A DNA stretch of 64,000 nt, taken from positions 111,600,001 through 111,664,000 of the forward strand of contig OX597814.1 in NCBI GenBank assembly GCA_951406725.2, read 5' to 3'. Source of the stretch: Octopus vulgaris. Taxonomy: Eukaryota. The notes beneath the pieces were generated by a model. That model was not told the origin of the DNA and ran no database searches. It saw only the letters and a program-made list of their open reading frames with translations. The translations under genes and the position numbers were made by a program. Positions 28,591 through 41,352 of this stretch are shown piece by piece (position 1 is the stretch's first letter; each line of letters starts with the position of its first letter).

Positions 28591-29491
28591 TGTGAGTATG
28601 TGGTGGTCACTTTGGTTGAGGGCTACTCAAACTGGCATGAAATAAATCGTTGATAAAATAAAATCAAAAACTGAAACAACAATATTAAATATTATTAAAA
28701 GGGAAAACATTTTACTCCGAGTATTTTTCCTACATCCACCTAAGGTGGTATTCCGACAGTAATCCTTCGTTAGTAACGTTTTTTTCCCCCTTTTCCTTTT
28801 TTTTTTTTTTTTTAGCTGTAGGCGACTTAGGAAAATAAAGCTACATTTCAAAATTTTTATTATCGAATATTCTTGTAAGAGGTAAAATTCTAATTAATTA
28901 AAGACCGAAAATGAGTTGATAATTAAATTACATGTAAGAAAATGCTTCCTTTTTCTAGACAGGCTGATTTTTTTGATTTTTTAATTGCAGCCTTTCAAAT
29001 ATTATTTTTCTGCACAAGGATTGATTAAATGCTTAACATGGTCCCTTTCGAATGATAAGTATATCCCTATATTACATTATCCTGACCGTAATTGTTATAC
29101 AGAATTGGTAAAGAAGAATCCCTGTAAGTTAGTGACGAGCTAAAGGGAAATAACTGCTATAATTTTTTTAACTGTAAATACTATCCGTCATTTTATGATG
29201 TTCTTGGGGAAAAAAAAATCTTTTTGACAATTCTCTTAGAATCTTACGTTCCAAATTTGTATGAAATCCTATTGTAACTGCATTTAAAACCGAAGTTCCC
29301 AATTATTATAAACCCAAACTGGAATACCAACTTTACGAGCTAAAAATACAGCAGTCTACAATACAAACAAAGATTGCTAAATTGTAAGCAAAACCAAACT
29401 TCAACGCAATAACGATTTTATGTAACGAGTTGCTAGTCTCGACTAACTAAAACCAACACTGAACACGTCATGCCACAAACAGAACAGAACG

Positions 29492-31280
29492 ATTTTTTTA
29501 TTACCCATAAAGGGCCCACAAAGAGGGACATATATCACATTGGGGACATACAACAATTGCAAAAAATAAAATAAAATGAAACGGATGATATAATGAAAGA
29601 TGGAAAGATGTAAAAATGAAAATGGTGTTACTTGCCCCCTCAAGTAACATCACTTGCTTCCTTTCCTCTGTTTTCCACTATGTTTAAGCCATACCTCTTT
29701 TTCAGTTCTTTAAATTCGATAACCTGTGGAAGCTTTTCCTTGTCAAAGTCAATCTTCCACAGTTCATACTCCCCCTTGTGCCTCTCTACTTCCATCCTTT
29801 GCTGTTCCGTTAATAACAGCACCACACCTTCCACTCCATCCTCTGCCTCTACATCAACATCAACCGTGTTCTCCCATTCAATTGCCTTTTCAAACAGGCC
29901 CTCATCGTATATTATACAAGCAAAACAGCTAATGGGAGGGGAAATTTGTGAGTCATTGTGTGAATCTGATCTTTTCTTTTGTTTTTGTGATGGAGGGGAA
30001 TGGGAAGGCTTAGTGTCTGCAGGGCGAGGGTGGGACAAAGAAGGTATGGGTGGGCTTTGGGTAGTTGTTGGTGGAAGTTCTGTGTGTATCAGACTTGTCT
30101 TTTCCTCTTCCTTCTCTTTCTTTTTCTGGTATTTTCCCATTCTTCCCCTTTTTCTGGAACCATTTCTTCCTCTTCTTGTCCTTCCTGGGGTTCTCTTGTG
30201 TCTTCTCCTTATGGTCTTCTTGTATTTCCTCCACTCTTTTATCTGGTGGAGGGCATTTCGCTCTTATGTGGCCCTTCTGGCCACATTTAAAACAGTGAGT
30301 TATTCTGCCCTCCACCCTTACATTCATTATGGTTTCGTTTACAGTCACCATTTCCACCATTTCTTCTATTGCCTCATTGGAACCTTGAATTATCCTGTTC
30401 AAAATTTGGCCTTTCCCAATTCATGCTTTCCGTCTTTGTGGCCTGGTGCACCGCTATTTTGTCCTCGGTTTCAGCTAAGACAACAGCCGCTATCCAGGCC
30501 ACATCTATCTCTGGTGGAATTCCTTCTACCCTTATCTGAGATGTTCTCTGTCCCAGGTACGTAGGTAGAAGTACTAACTCACTTAGTGGTGTTGCCGCGT
30601 GCTTTTCCACCATGTTTTCATTTATGAATATATCTTCAACTTCTCCAAATATCGACCCTCTGCCAAGATATGTTATTTCTTGCCAAATTGGCCTCAGCAC
30701 CTTCTTTATTTGCTCTGTTGTCATGTGGTCAATTTTTCCCTTCTTAATCAAGTAGGTCTTGTATGTCACCGTTCTTCCTTTCATTATTTTTGTCGTTTCA
30801 TGTGGTGGTGGTGATGGGGGGGGGTTACTTGCATGTTGTAACCATCCCAACTTAATAATTTCTTGAATTTATCTATTTCGTTCTCCACATTGTCATCTGA
30901 TTCTCCGGCGACATCTGCGAACTTCCTCTTTCTTCCTTCCAATTCCTTGCCCGTAACATCAATAGACCTTAACAGTTCTTCTTCAGATGTTGACATCTCT
31001 GACCCGCTTAGGTCTGAGTAAAATAAATTCCTTTTGCTAGCCATCACTAACTCTGGAAGAGAGAAAACATGACCAAATTGCTGCAAAACAGCACACAGCA
31101 ATCAAAACTTCACAAAAGCAATTCAACAGGCAAACAGAACAGAACTCCGTGCATATAACAACAATCAAGACAATCAAAATCACGTAATCAAAACTAAAAT
31201 CACAAAACCAATTTGAAACTGAAATCCCCATTTGAAATATCAAGACACTGACATTTTTTAAAAAGAACTTCATAGTTTCA
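29492..31280 (-). mobile_element. ORF1-only non-LTR retroelement (Tx1/L1-like ORF1 with CCHC knuckle), frameshifted
   Basis: Chained ORF pieces 31044->29640 (MASKRN...; ...LPTYLGQRTSQIRVEGIPP...; CFKCGQKGHIRAKCP; K-rich linker; C-terminal domain), then ~150 nt of 3' UTR ending GCCCTTTATGGGTAATAAAAAAAT. No RT is present. Confidence 0.8.
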
Positions 31281-34200
31281 AAAGGTAAATAACAACAACA
31301 ACAACAATAAATGCCCTGATGCAGTACCAGGCAGTGGCTCTCGTGGCTTCTGATCTTTACTGATTGGAAGTGTTATCATGTACATTGTTCTGTCTTGGTA
31401 TAAAAGATGAAATACAGCAAATATTCTGCTCAATGCCACATATTTGCTTGTCACTTGTTTGACCTTAACCAGTTGAACATGTCCCTTAGTGGCTGGTGAT
31501 ATGTGAATCTCTGATCACAAGCAGAAGTAGTGGGGGAGCATCATAGCCATGTGTTGAGAGGGATTCTTTGGGGTTTGAATGATTCACCTCTGGAAACATA
31601 GATGTTTCGTTCAACATTCTTAAACAACCCTTATTCAAGGACCTTTTGAATGGGATGGGTTACTCGACCAGAAAAAAATTCTAACTGGGCCCCACCTGCA
31701 AGGTCATATGCTGTTTATCTTGATATGAGATCACCATGTCACCCACATTTGGTTGTGATGCATGTGCCTGGTGTACCCTTATCAGACAGGTAGTCATGAT
31801 GGGTATACTGGGCTTCGTATATTTTACCCCAGTGTCACTTTGATGGCATGCACTGCTCTCTCATTCAATAATAATAATAATAATAATAATGATTCTTCAA
31901 TTTTAACACAAGACAGCAATTTTGAGGGAAGGGATTAGTCAGTTACATCTATTCTGGTACATGACTAGTAATTTATTTTATTACCCTCTCCCCTTGTAGG
32001 ATGAAAGGCAAAGTTGAACTTAGCAAGATTTGAACTCAGAACACAAAGGGCTGAAAGAAATGCTGCTAAGTACTTTGTTTGGTGTGAAGGTGCTCCTGCT
32101 ATGTGATGCCATAAATGGTTTCAAATTTCAAATGAAGGCTGGCAGTTTTGGCATGGTTTCTATAGCTAGATGCCGTTCTTAACACCAGCCACTTGGTACC
32201 CTTTTTATCATAGTAGCAACACTATTGAGATCAGTAAGTAACTAACAAGATAAGACCCCTCAACTGGGTGAGGGTGTAGTATTAAGGCAGGCAGCTTTGT
32301 TGCAGGTGATGAAAGGGGGTTAAAGTATGACAGAGGGACAGGAATAGGTGTCTTGCTGTAGAGGAGATAAAAGGTAACCCCAGCTGGAAAGGGAGAAAAG
32401 AAGTGGCAGTGATGAAATGTCAGGATATTCCTTCAAGGTACAAGAAGGTGAGTATAAAAGAGAATTGGGATCTATTCTATCTCAATCACAGAGTTTTTAA
32501 TTAATTTTTTTAACTAAACAGTTTGAAACTTCAAATACTGATAGAATTTCTCACATAGAACACGGTTTACTCTGAACGTTTTTGGCAAAAATTTCCTATT
32601 TTAGAAGTCATTTCATGTTAAAGGCATGATTTTATCTTACAATAATCAACAACAAACACATTTCGTCAATATAAAAGTCTTTATTAGATAAAAAATAACA
32701 TTATCAAAACATGAAGGTAAAACAAAACAAATAGCAGCTTATATACCAGAAAATACGGTAATTGTAGTGGCAGTGACAAGTTTGCTTGCTGGTTGCTAGT
32801 GTATAAGAGAGGGAAAGAGTAAGGCATGCATGGTGCTGACTAGAATAGAACAGAGTGGCGACATTTAGTAGAGGTGACCCGGAAATTGTTCCTCTTCGAT
32901 TACTATCGCAAACAGCAGTAGCTTTCTTCAACCGAATACACGTTGATTGGTTAAAATTACCCAAATATGACAACTTTAACACGAAATAACTTCTATAATA
33001 GGAAGATTGCGGTTTCGATTCCAAGACCGGGCGTTGTGTGTGTTTATTGAACGAAAACACCTAAAGCTCCACGAGGCTCCGGCAGGGGGTGGTGGCAACC
33101 CCTGTTGTATCTTTCGCTCCAACTTCCTCTCACTCTTTCTTCCTGTTTCTTGTACCCGACTTCCTATACAACCACTGAGCCTGGATGCGCATTCATTCAT
33201 CTGTCGATGCTCTTGGTGTCGGGGGTTGACCTGCTTTCTCTTCCGCAGGTCTTACGAATAGCAAAGGACCTCATTGCGGACTTCTCCCACTACAGGAGAC
33301 GCGATCTGGCGAGCTCTGGGATGAAGACCACTTCGCTCAACAAACAAACAAACTGCAGCAAGTATATGATGCTTTGAAAGCCTGTTACTTGGCATTGATC
33401 AATTGAAGATGTACACTCCTACAACATGACAATGACCCAGCACACACTTCCAATGTCACTGAGTGTAAACTTGAGGGGCCGAATGGGCTGCCCCCCACTG
33501 CCTGTAGTCCATCAGATTACCACCTTTTCCAAGTCATGGCTTCATTTTCTGCATGGACAGAGGTTCGACAGTGTGAAAGAGGTTGAAAACTATGACTGGT
33601 TGTGCTCTTCAGCAGCTTGCTGTAAATAAAATACAGGATGACAGCAGGGATATCTATAAAGTGATAGATATATCACTAAGTGACATAAAGTGATATGTAT
33701 AAATGGGTTGGCATTAGGAAGGGCATCCAGATGTAGAAACCATGCCAAAGCAGTCATTAGAGTATGACACAGCTCCTTCACTCATCAGACTCTATTGAAC
33801 CATCCAACCCATCCCAAGCTGGATGGTATTGATATGTACCACTACAGTCATCATGGAGGCACAATGGACCAGTGATTAGTGCAGCGGACTTGCAATCGTA
33901 GGATCAAAGTTTCGATTCCCAGATCGGGTAGTGTGAGTGTTTATTGAGTGAAAACACTTGAAGCTCCACGAGGCTCCGGCAGAGGGTGGTGGTGAACCCT
34001 GTAGTACTCTTTCACCACAGCTTTCTCTCACTCTTTCTTCTTGTTTCTGTTGTACTTGTATTTCAAAGGGCCAGCCTTGTTGCACTCTGTGTCACGCTGA
34101 ATCTCCCTGAGAACTATGCTAAGGGTACATGGGTCTATGGAGTGCTCAGCCACTTGCATGTTAATTTCATGAGCAGGCTGTTCCGTTGATCGGATCAACT

Positions 34201-34357
34201 GGAACCCTCATCATTGTAACCAACAGAGTGCCACGACTACAGTCATAACTCAAAAGCAAGTATGTCTTGGTAGCATGTATCATGTTTTTGCTAATCGTTT
34301 CTGTGCCAGCAACATATAAAAACACTTGTCCTGATGCCACATAAAAACACCAATGAA

Positions 34358-34722
34358 CATTATTTACATTTGACAGATATTTGTCCTCATATTGTTTGTT
34401 GCTAACCCTCCAGCCTTCATCAGGTGTCTTGGGGAAATTTCAAACCTGGGTTCTCATTCCTAAGGTATCTTTCAATGTTATTAATTATTATTATTATTAC
34501 TATTATTATTATTCAGGTCACCTGAACACTAACACTAACAATAATAATAATTAATATCATTGAAAAATACCATAGGTTTGAAATTTGCCCAAGACACCTG
34601 ATGAAAGCTGGAGGGTATATCAGCCAAAACATGTTAACAACAAACAAGATGAGGACAAATATCCGTCAAATGTAAATAATGTAAATAATGTACATAATTT
34701 CTCATCTCTTAAATATAGATCT
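34358..34722. repeat. Penelope-like inverted repeat with a degenerate hammerhead
   Basis: Inverted arms; ACAC-CTGATGA-AAGCTG...CAGCC-AAAAC. A homologue at 12262-13030 is interrupted by the R4/Dong fragment. Confidence 0.75.
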
Positions 34723-34979
34723 GTAAAAACACCCATGGTGGTGGGATGTAAAAACACCCATGCCACTGCCATGTAAAATACACCCATACTAGTATTACAT
34801 ATATATATACATATATATAGATGTGAGTGAGTGATGGCTGTTGTAGTACATACCACCATCATTTAACATCCAGCTTCAAAACTAATAGTCTGGGGTCAGC
34901 ATCTGCTCTTGGATTATATTATATCTTTGACTTCCTTTGGAGTACACCAATACTTTGCCATCGATTTTATATATATATA

Positions 34980-35500
34980 TGTTTGAGATGAGATGTTTGA
35001 GGGGTATGGTTGGTGTGACACGGATGGACAGGATGAGGAATGAGGAGGTGCGAAGGCGAGCAGGAATGAGAAAAAAACTAACAACCAAAATGGATACACA
35101 TATGTTGAAGTGGCTTGGCCACATGAAAAGGATAGATGAGGAGTGGATGGTAAGGAGGGTGAGGAAGGCAGAAGTGGTAGGTAGCAGAACCAGGGGCAGA
35201 CCTCAGTCTGTGTGGATGGATGGAGTGAGGAAAGCTTTGGTGGTTAGAGGTGTTGGAGTGAGAGAGGCAAGAGACTTTGTAAATGATATGAAAGCTTGGA
35301 GAGTGTGGACGGATGAGTGAATTTGATGATGCTCAAAGGGAACCAGTATGATGCGGTGGGGGTGAACCAGCTTATGCTGTCAGGCCCTGTTGCTGATATC
35401 AGTGGTTGCTTTCTGTACATAGAGCAGGGCTTGCCTCTTTGAGGTGGGAAATGAATTGAACACCTTGTGTGTGTCTTGTGGCTACACTCCTATATTGAAT
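34980..35500 (+). mobile_element. RTE-type LINE 3' fragment (different family)
   Basis: FEMRCLRGMVGVTRMDRMRNEEVR...LKWLGHMKR...RGRPQSVWMD. Confidence 0.85.
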
Positions 35501-36279
35501 TAGGCCTTGGTAAATAATATATATATCATCATCATCATCATCGTTTAACGTCTGTTTTCCATGCTAGCATGGGTTGGATGGTTCGACCGGGGTCTGGGAA
35601 GCCAGGAGGCTGCACCAGGCTCCAGTCTGATCTGGCAGTTTCTACAGCTGGATGCCCTTCGTAATGCCAACCACTCCGTGATTGTAGTGGATGCTTTTTA
35701 CGTGCCACTGGCACAAGTGCCAGGGGGGCATACACACACACACAATGTAGATAGGTTAAAATCCAAGCTGTGTCTCCTTGAAGCACCTTTGCTTATTTCA
35801 GTATTCCAAATCTGTATGTAGATGTTATATATGTGTGAGGCATGAGTGAAAGCTGAAAATAACAGGAAATATTTCTTTTCTGCAGAGCAATAATATCCTT
35901 TTCTACTCTAGGCACAAAGCCCGAAATTTTTGGGGAGGGTGCTAGTCGATTAGATCGACCCCAGTATGCAAGAACAGAATACTTTAATCTTTAATGTTTA
36001 AAATAACATTTTTGTCAGAAATGGATACTCTTATATTTATTCACGAAATCAATAATTACATGTTTAAAAACTATTCCCAAATAACAGAGAAAGAAATATA
36101 TAAATTAACGCTATTGATTTGTTACATAAAACCACAAGTCATCTATTTCTAAGAATTCGCAAAAATTTCTGTTTTGTCTGGAGAGAGTCATTTTCTTTTT
36201 GTGCCTTATTATGTAACACACTCAGTAAAATTTCCACTTATTTCTTATTTTTATTTTCCTAAAATTTGAAATTTCCACT

Positions 36280-36372
36280 TTTTTTCTTATTTTTATTGTC
36301 ACAAAAATTTGAAATAAAAAAAAAAATGTGTAGAGTTCAAGGGAGATAACTGGATTTAAAGTCTCAAGCAAT
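36280..36372 (+). promoter_or_regulatory. probable PTPA proximal promoter / 5' UTR
   Basis: Immediately upstream of the proposed start exon; contains AAGGGAGATAACT (36339-36351). The TSS cannot be determined from sequence. Confidence 0.35.
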
Positions 36373-36385
36373 ATGGCTACCACGG
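36373..36385 (+). CDS. PTPA: PP2A activator (PTPA/PPP2R4), putative coding exon 1 (MATT+G)
   Basis: aatATGGCTACCACGG|gtgagt: ATG followed by a strong donor. The phase-1 end fits the GG that starts exon 2 (forms a Gly codon). Lies in a CpG-retaining, repeat-poor stretch. Too short to confirm by homology. Confidence 0.7.
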
Positions 36386-37780
36386 GTGAGTGTTTGTTCG
36401 ATCAACCGTTTTTAATATTTTTATATTTATTATAAAAGTCATTTTACACTGGTTTTCGGTTCAATTATTTTACCGTGATTCCTTATTCCCAAATTTATAT
36501 CACGCTTTTACATCTTTCATTAAGAATTCAATTAAATTTTTTTAAAAATTGAAACTATTTCTTCGCAGTTAAAATGTCTTGAAATGTTGAGATTCCACCA
36601 AGATTGCTTTCGATGGCTTATTCCACATTGTTCCACTCTTTTCCTTCCTGATTTCCAACAGTCAAGCTATGAAGAATCACCCAAATTTGTTTTGATAAAA
36701 TAAATTCGAAACAAAATAATTTTTTTACGAAATATCTGGATGGGGAGGAGTAGTTTAAGGCTACTTGCGGGAAACGAACCTGCATCTTTCTTAAACTAAT
36801 ATTTATTTCCGTTCCTTTCTTAGTTCAAATCTCGCCGAAATCAGCTTTAGCTTTCATCCTTCCAAGGGTCTATTTAATAACTACTGGTCAACTATTAAGT
36901 CTGTGTAATCGATAATTCCCGCTCCTTTATATATAGAAATCCTCTGCCAAAGTTAAGAATAACCGTTTTAAATTATTACGCTTTCACTTTCACTGTAAAC
37001 TTGTCTCTTTATGTGTTCACAGAATAAAGACCCATCATATCCTGTTATATTAAGTTAATAAACTATGTTGTCTCTACTTATATATTTCTGCTATAAACAA
37101 GAAATATGAATATTTCTTACTGTCAAAAAGAATAAATCTCGAAAAGAAATCTTTGAGCCGATGTATCTGGCTTCTGTAAATCACTGCACTTCACAACATA
37201 CATCTTTAAACTGCTTCTTAGAATATATTACTGCTATTTCTAGTCATTGCAAGGAGTGGCTTTGTAGTAAGTAGCTCGCTTACCAACCACATGGTTCTGG
37301 GTTCAGTCCCGCTGCGTGGCACCTTGGGCAAGTGTCTTCTTCTATAGTCTCGGGCCGACCAAAAGCCTTGTGAGTGGATTTGGTAGACGGAAACTGAAAG
37401 AAGAAGCTCGTCGTATATATATGTATTTATGTTGGTGTGTCCGTGTTTGTCCCCCTCCCCCAACATTACTTGACAACCAATGATGGCGTGTTTACGTCCT
37501 CGTGACTTAGCGGTGCTCTGGCATGGCCGCAGTGAAATGACTGAAACAGGTAAATAAAATAATAATTTCTTTAGATTGTTAGATAATTCTTTGCCTCACT
37601 AAATATTGGTTTCAAATTTTGGTACAAGGCCAGCAACTTGTACGTATTTTATCAACCCCCAAAAGGATAAAGGTCAAACTCGACACTGGCAGCATTTGAA
37701 CTCACGTAGGATAGAAGGACAAAATGTCAATTCTTCTAGCTCGCCGCCTTTGTCACACTAAATATTAACGAAATTAAATC

Positions 37781-38402
37781 ATGATCATCATCATCGTCCA
37801 TTTTCTATGTTGGATTGGGTTGGATGGTTTGATTGAAGCCTGGAGAGCCAGTGGCTGCCCCAGTCTCCAATCTGATCTGGCAGTGTTTCTACAGTTGGAT
37901 GCCCTTCCTAATGCCAACCACTCTGAGAATGTAGCAGGCGCTTTTTATGTGCCAGTGGCACAGGAGCCGGTCAGGTTGGCCTGGCATCGATCATGTTTGG
38001 ATAGTGCTTTTTATGTGCCACTGGTACAGGGGCCAGTCAGAGGGTACTGGCATCAGCCATATTCAGATGGTGCTTTTTATGTGCCACTGGTACTGGTGGC
38101 ATGTAAGAAGCACCATTCAAGTGTGATTGTTGCCAGTGCTGCCTGACTGGCTCCTATGCCATTGGTACGTAAAAAGTATCATTCGAACATGGTTGATGCC
38201 AGTGTCACCTGACTGGCCCTCATGCTGGCGGCACGTAAAAAGCACCCATTACACTCTCGGAGTGGTTGGTGTTAGGAAGGGCATCCAGCTGTAGAAACTT
38301 TGCCAGATCGGATTGGAGCCTGGTGCAGTCATCTAGCTCTCAAACCATCCAACCCATGCTAGCATGGAAAGCGGACGTTAAACTATGATAATGATGATGA
38401 TA
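37781..38402. repeat. head-to-head inverted pair of RTE 3' UTR fragments
   Basis: (CAT)n at the left end, (GAT)n at the right end, inversion centre near 38090. Many single RTE-tail copies elsewhere (e.g. 3455, 8040, 11080, 20000, 23240, 24920, 26913, 35525, 38782, 39480, 46505, 49110, 50310). Confidence 0.8.
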
Positions 38403-40507
38403 ATATAGGCATGTTACATAAGAAAAGGTAAAGAGGTTAGAGAGACCAGTTTGTTGCAACGAGTTCCAGAAACTCTGCTGGACGGCTTAGTGACTCTCTG
38501 GTCTGAGGTTGAATTTCCCAGCTTCTAGAATCTTTAGCTAAATTGGTGTTATTTTTTTGGTGTTATTTTGTTTGTTTATTCATTTTTTTGCCATGCCCTT
38601 ACTGTTTTTTTTAGTAAATTACATTGTAGTGAGGCTCATGCTGAGTATTGAACTATAGCTCTCAGATTTTCCCAGTCTAGAGCCACATCATAATGTATCT
38701 CCATAAATGAAATCAATGCCTACATGACTATGGCTTCACCAATCAGAATTGGTTCACTTATTGTGGTGGAGGCAGCAGACTCATCATCATCATCATCATC
38801 GTTTGACATCCACTTTCCATGCTGGCATGGGTTGGACGGTTTGACTGAGGACCGGCAAGCAAGGGGTCTGCACCAGGCTCCAATCTAATCCGGCAAGGTT
38901 TCTACAGCTGGATGCCCTTCCTAATGCCAACCACTCCGAGAGTGTAGTGGGTGCTTTTTATGTGCCACTGGTACGGGTGCTGGGAGCTGTCTGTCAGGTG
39001 GCATTGGCATCGACCACACTCGAATGGTGCTTTTTATGTGCCAGTCAGGTAGCACTGGCATCAGTCATGCTTGAATGATGCTTTTTATGTGCCACCGGCA
39101 TGGCTGCCAGTGAGGCGGCACTGGCAAATGTTGAAGAATATTAAGCTAAAAACATTCTTGAAATTAAAGCATTGCTTTTTTTATTTTATCTGTTTATCTG
39201 TTTTTCAAGTTCTTTGCCTGTCAGTACTCGTCACTCAACCTAAATGACTTGGCAAATAACATCAAAGTAGCATATCTACCGCCAAACACAACCGGCTTGA
39301 TTTAACATATGGGGCATGTGGCCTCTTGCTATATTCAAGGCCTACTTTTTGCAGTTGCACTTCTTATGAACTTAGCAACAACATTAAGCCAATGCTACTG
39401 GGAGTACTTCTTGGAAGCCTTATGAGTATTTGAGAGAATCTGTTTCCTTCTAAGCTTTTAGTGCTTATTGTCCCTGTACACATCATCATCGTTTAACGTC
39501 CGTTTTCCGAGCTAGCATGGGTTGGATGGTTCGACCGGGGTCTGGGAAGCCAGGAGGCTGCACCAGGCTCCAGTCTGATCTGGCAGTGTTTCTACAGCTG
39601 GATGCCCTTCCTAACGCCAACCACTCCATGAGTGTAGTGGGTACTTTTTATGTGCCACAGGCACAGGTGCCAGGGAGGCTGGCATCATCCACAATCGGTT
39701 GGTGCTTTTTATGTGCCACCAACACAGAAGCCAGTCAAAGCGGCGCTGGCATCAGCCACGTTCGGATGGTGCTTTTTACGTGCCACCGGCACAGTTATCA
39801 CAACTACACCTGCTATATATAAAATCTACCTTCTCTGTTAGCCTACCTATCATCCAATGCACCACTTGTGGACCCTCTATATCAGTTACATCTTATGGAA
39901 TATGACTTGTGTTTCCTTGATAACTGTAGATTCTGTTTTCAACTTTGAAGCTTCTCGATTCTAAGTTTCTGTTTCCATGTTTATAATCTCACACCACTTC
40001 TTTCTTCTCTCTTTAATTCCTTTGACTCCATTTTGAGTATTTGGCCCAGTAAAAGATCTCTCATTTGTCTCGATCCTTGGCATTGGACTGCAGCTGCCTA
40101 TCAGTGCTTCAGCTTGTATGGTTCTTCTCCGTGTTGTTTTTGGTCTGCCATGCTTTCATCTCCCTTGAGATAACCCTGGGCAGATTCAAAATTAGTTTAA
40201 TGGATACACATTTGAAAATGGTTTCGTTTCATTGCTCCTTTCAACTAACGGCCTTAAGCATGCAATGAACAAAATTGATCTTATTATAAAATCGAAGGAA
40301 ACCTTAAATCAGAGGACAGAGTTTGAATACACAGGGTAAATAATTATATGCAAAATATAAATCAATTAATACATTAAAAGTTCTATCCATTTAGAAATTA
40401 AAAATGTTCACACTGGATTACATATACATTGAGCAGCATATTCACATACTAAACCATCTATAATTTACACATATATACTAAAATGTACAGACGCATATAC
40501 ATAGTTA

Positions 40508-40890
40508 TCTATTATATAAAATCCGTTCTGTCTGTGTGTGTGTCTTCTAGGATCTTGAACATCCGCCATCTGATTGCACCCAAATTTGATTTGTAGATTG
40601 CGACAGTATCAGGGCGTGTATAAGTCTTGAAAAAAATGACAAAAATTGATTCCAGGTGAGAATGCGATTGATAAAGCTGTGGGAACATGCATTTGTACAT
40701 GCAAGTACATCAGCTGTTACGATCGAAACTATGCGTATGTGAGAAAAATGCACGGTGTCTCAAATTTAGGTTAAATCAGTGTTTCTCAAAGGGGAGGCCT
40801 ATGGGACAGTTGGACAAGTTGTTTTGAGAAAATTTGGTTTAAATGCTTGACAACTCAGTACCATCCATTATACAGGGGGCGTTTTGCTCG
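40508..40890 (+). mobile_element. probable non-autonomous Helitron
   Basis: A|TCTATTATATAAAA start followed by a (TG)/(TCTG) tract like the 22 kb copy; degenerate end GCTCG|T. Confidence 0.5.
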
Positions 40891-40932
40891 TATACATATA
40901 TAGATGAGACATAAATATATATATACAAATAC

Positions 40933-40970
<38 letters not shown>

Positions 40971-41306
40971 CATACATACACATGCACAAAATCTCCTGGT
41001 GTATGCAGGTCAGTTGTTACAGATGAAAGAAAGGGAAAGTATACATTAAGCATAGGGAGGAGGAAGAGAAAAAGAAAAAGAAAGAGAAGCAGAAAATTAA
41101 CAAGAGAGAGAAAAGTGCAAGGACATAAAAACGCTAGCAAGTAACGAGCAGGAAAAGATACTTCATAAATTTTGCAAAACGAACACACATATAAAATTAC
41201 ATATATATATATATACATTAGTATAGATATACATACAAATAAACACATATAAGTATTTATACAAATATGTGTTTGCTTATAACCTTATTTCTGTTCCATT
41301 CTAAAC

Positions 41307-41352
41307 AAAACTGTCTGACGAATGGGAACGTGAAACTCTGAGTAATAGTTTT
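41307..41352 (+). ncRNA. candidate minimal type I hammerhead ribozyme (Penelope-like-element type)
   Basis: AAAACTGT-CTGACGA-ATG GGAA CGT-GAAAC-TCTGA-GTA-ATAGTTTT: intact core, 8-bp stem I, 3-bp stem II, palindromic stem III, GUA cleavage triplet. Confidence 0.65.

Noticed and set aside
29632-30564. 310-aa + strand ORF (longest in the track)
   Set aside because: It is the antisense shadow of the purine-rich minus-strand ORF1 element; low-complexity F/S/L content with no motif.
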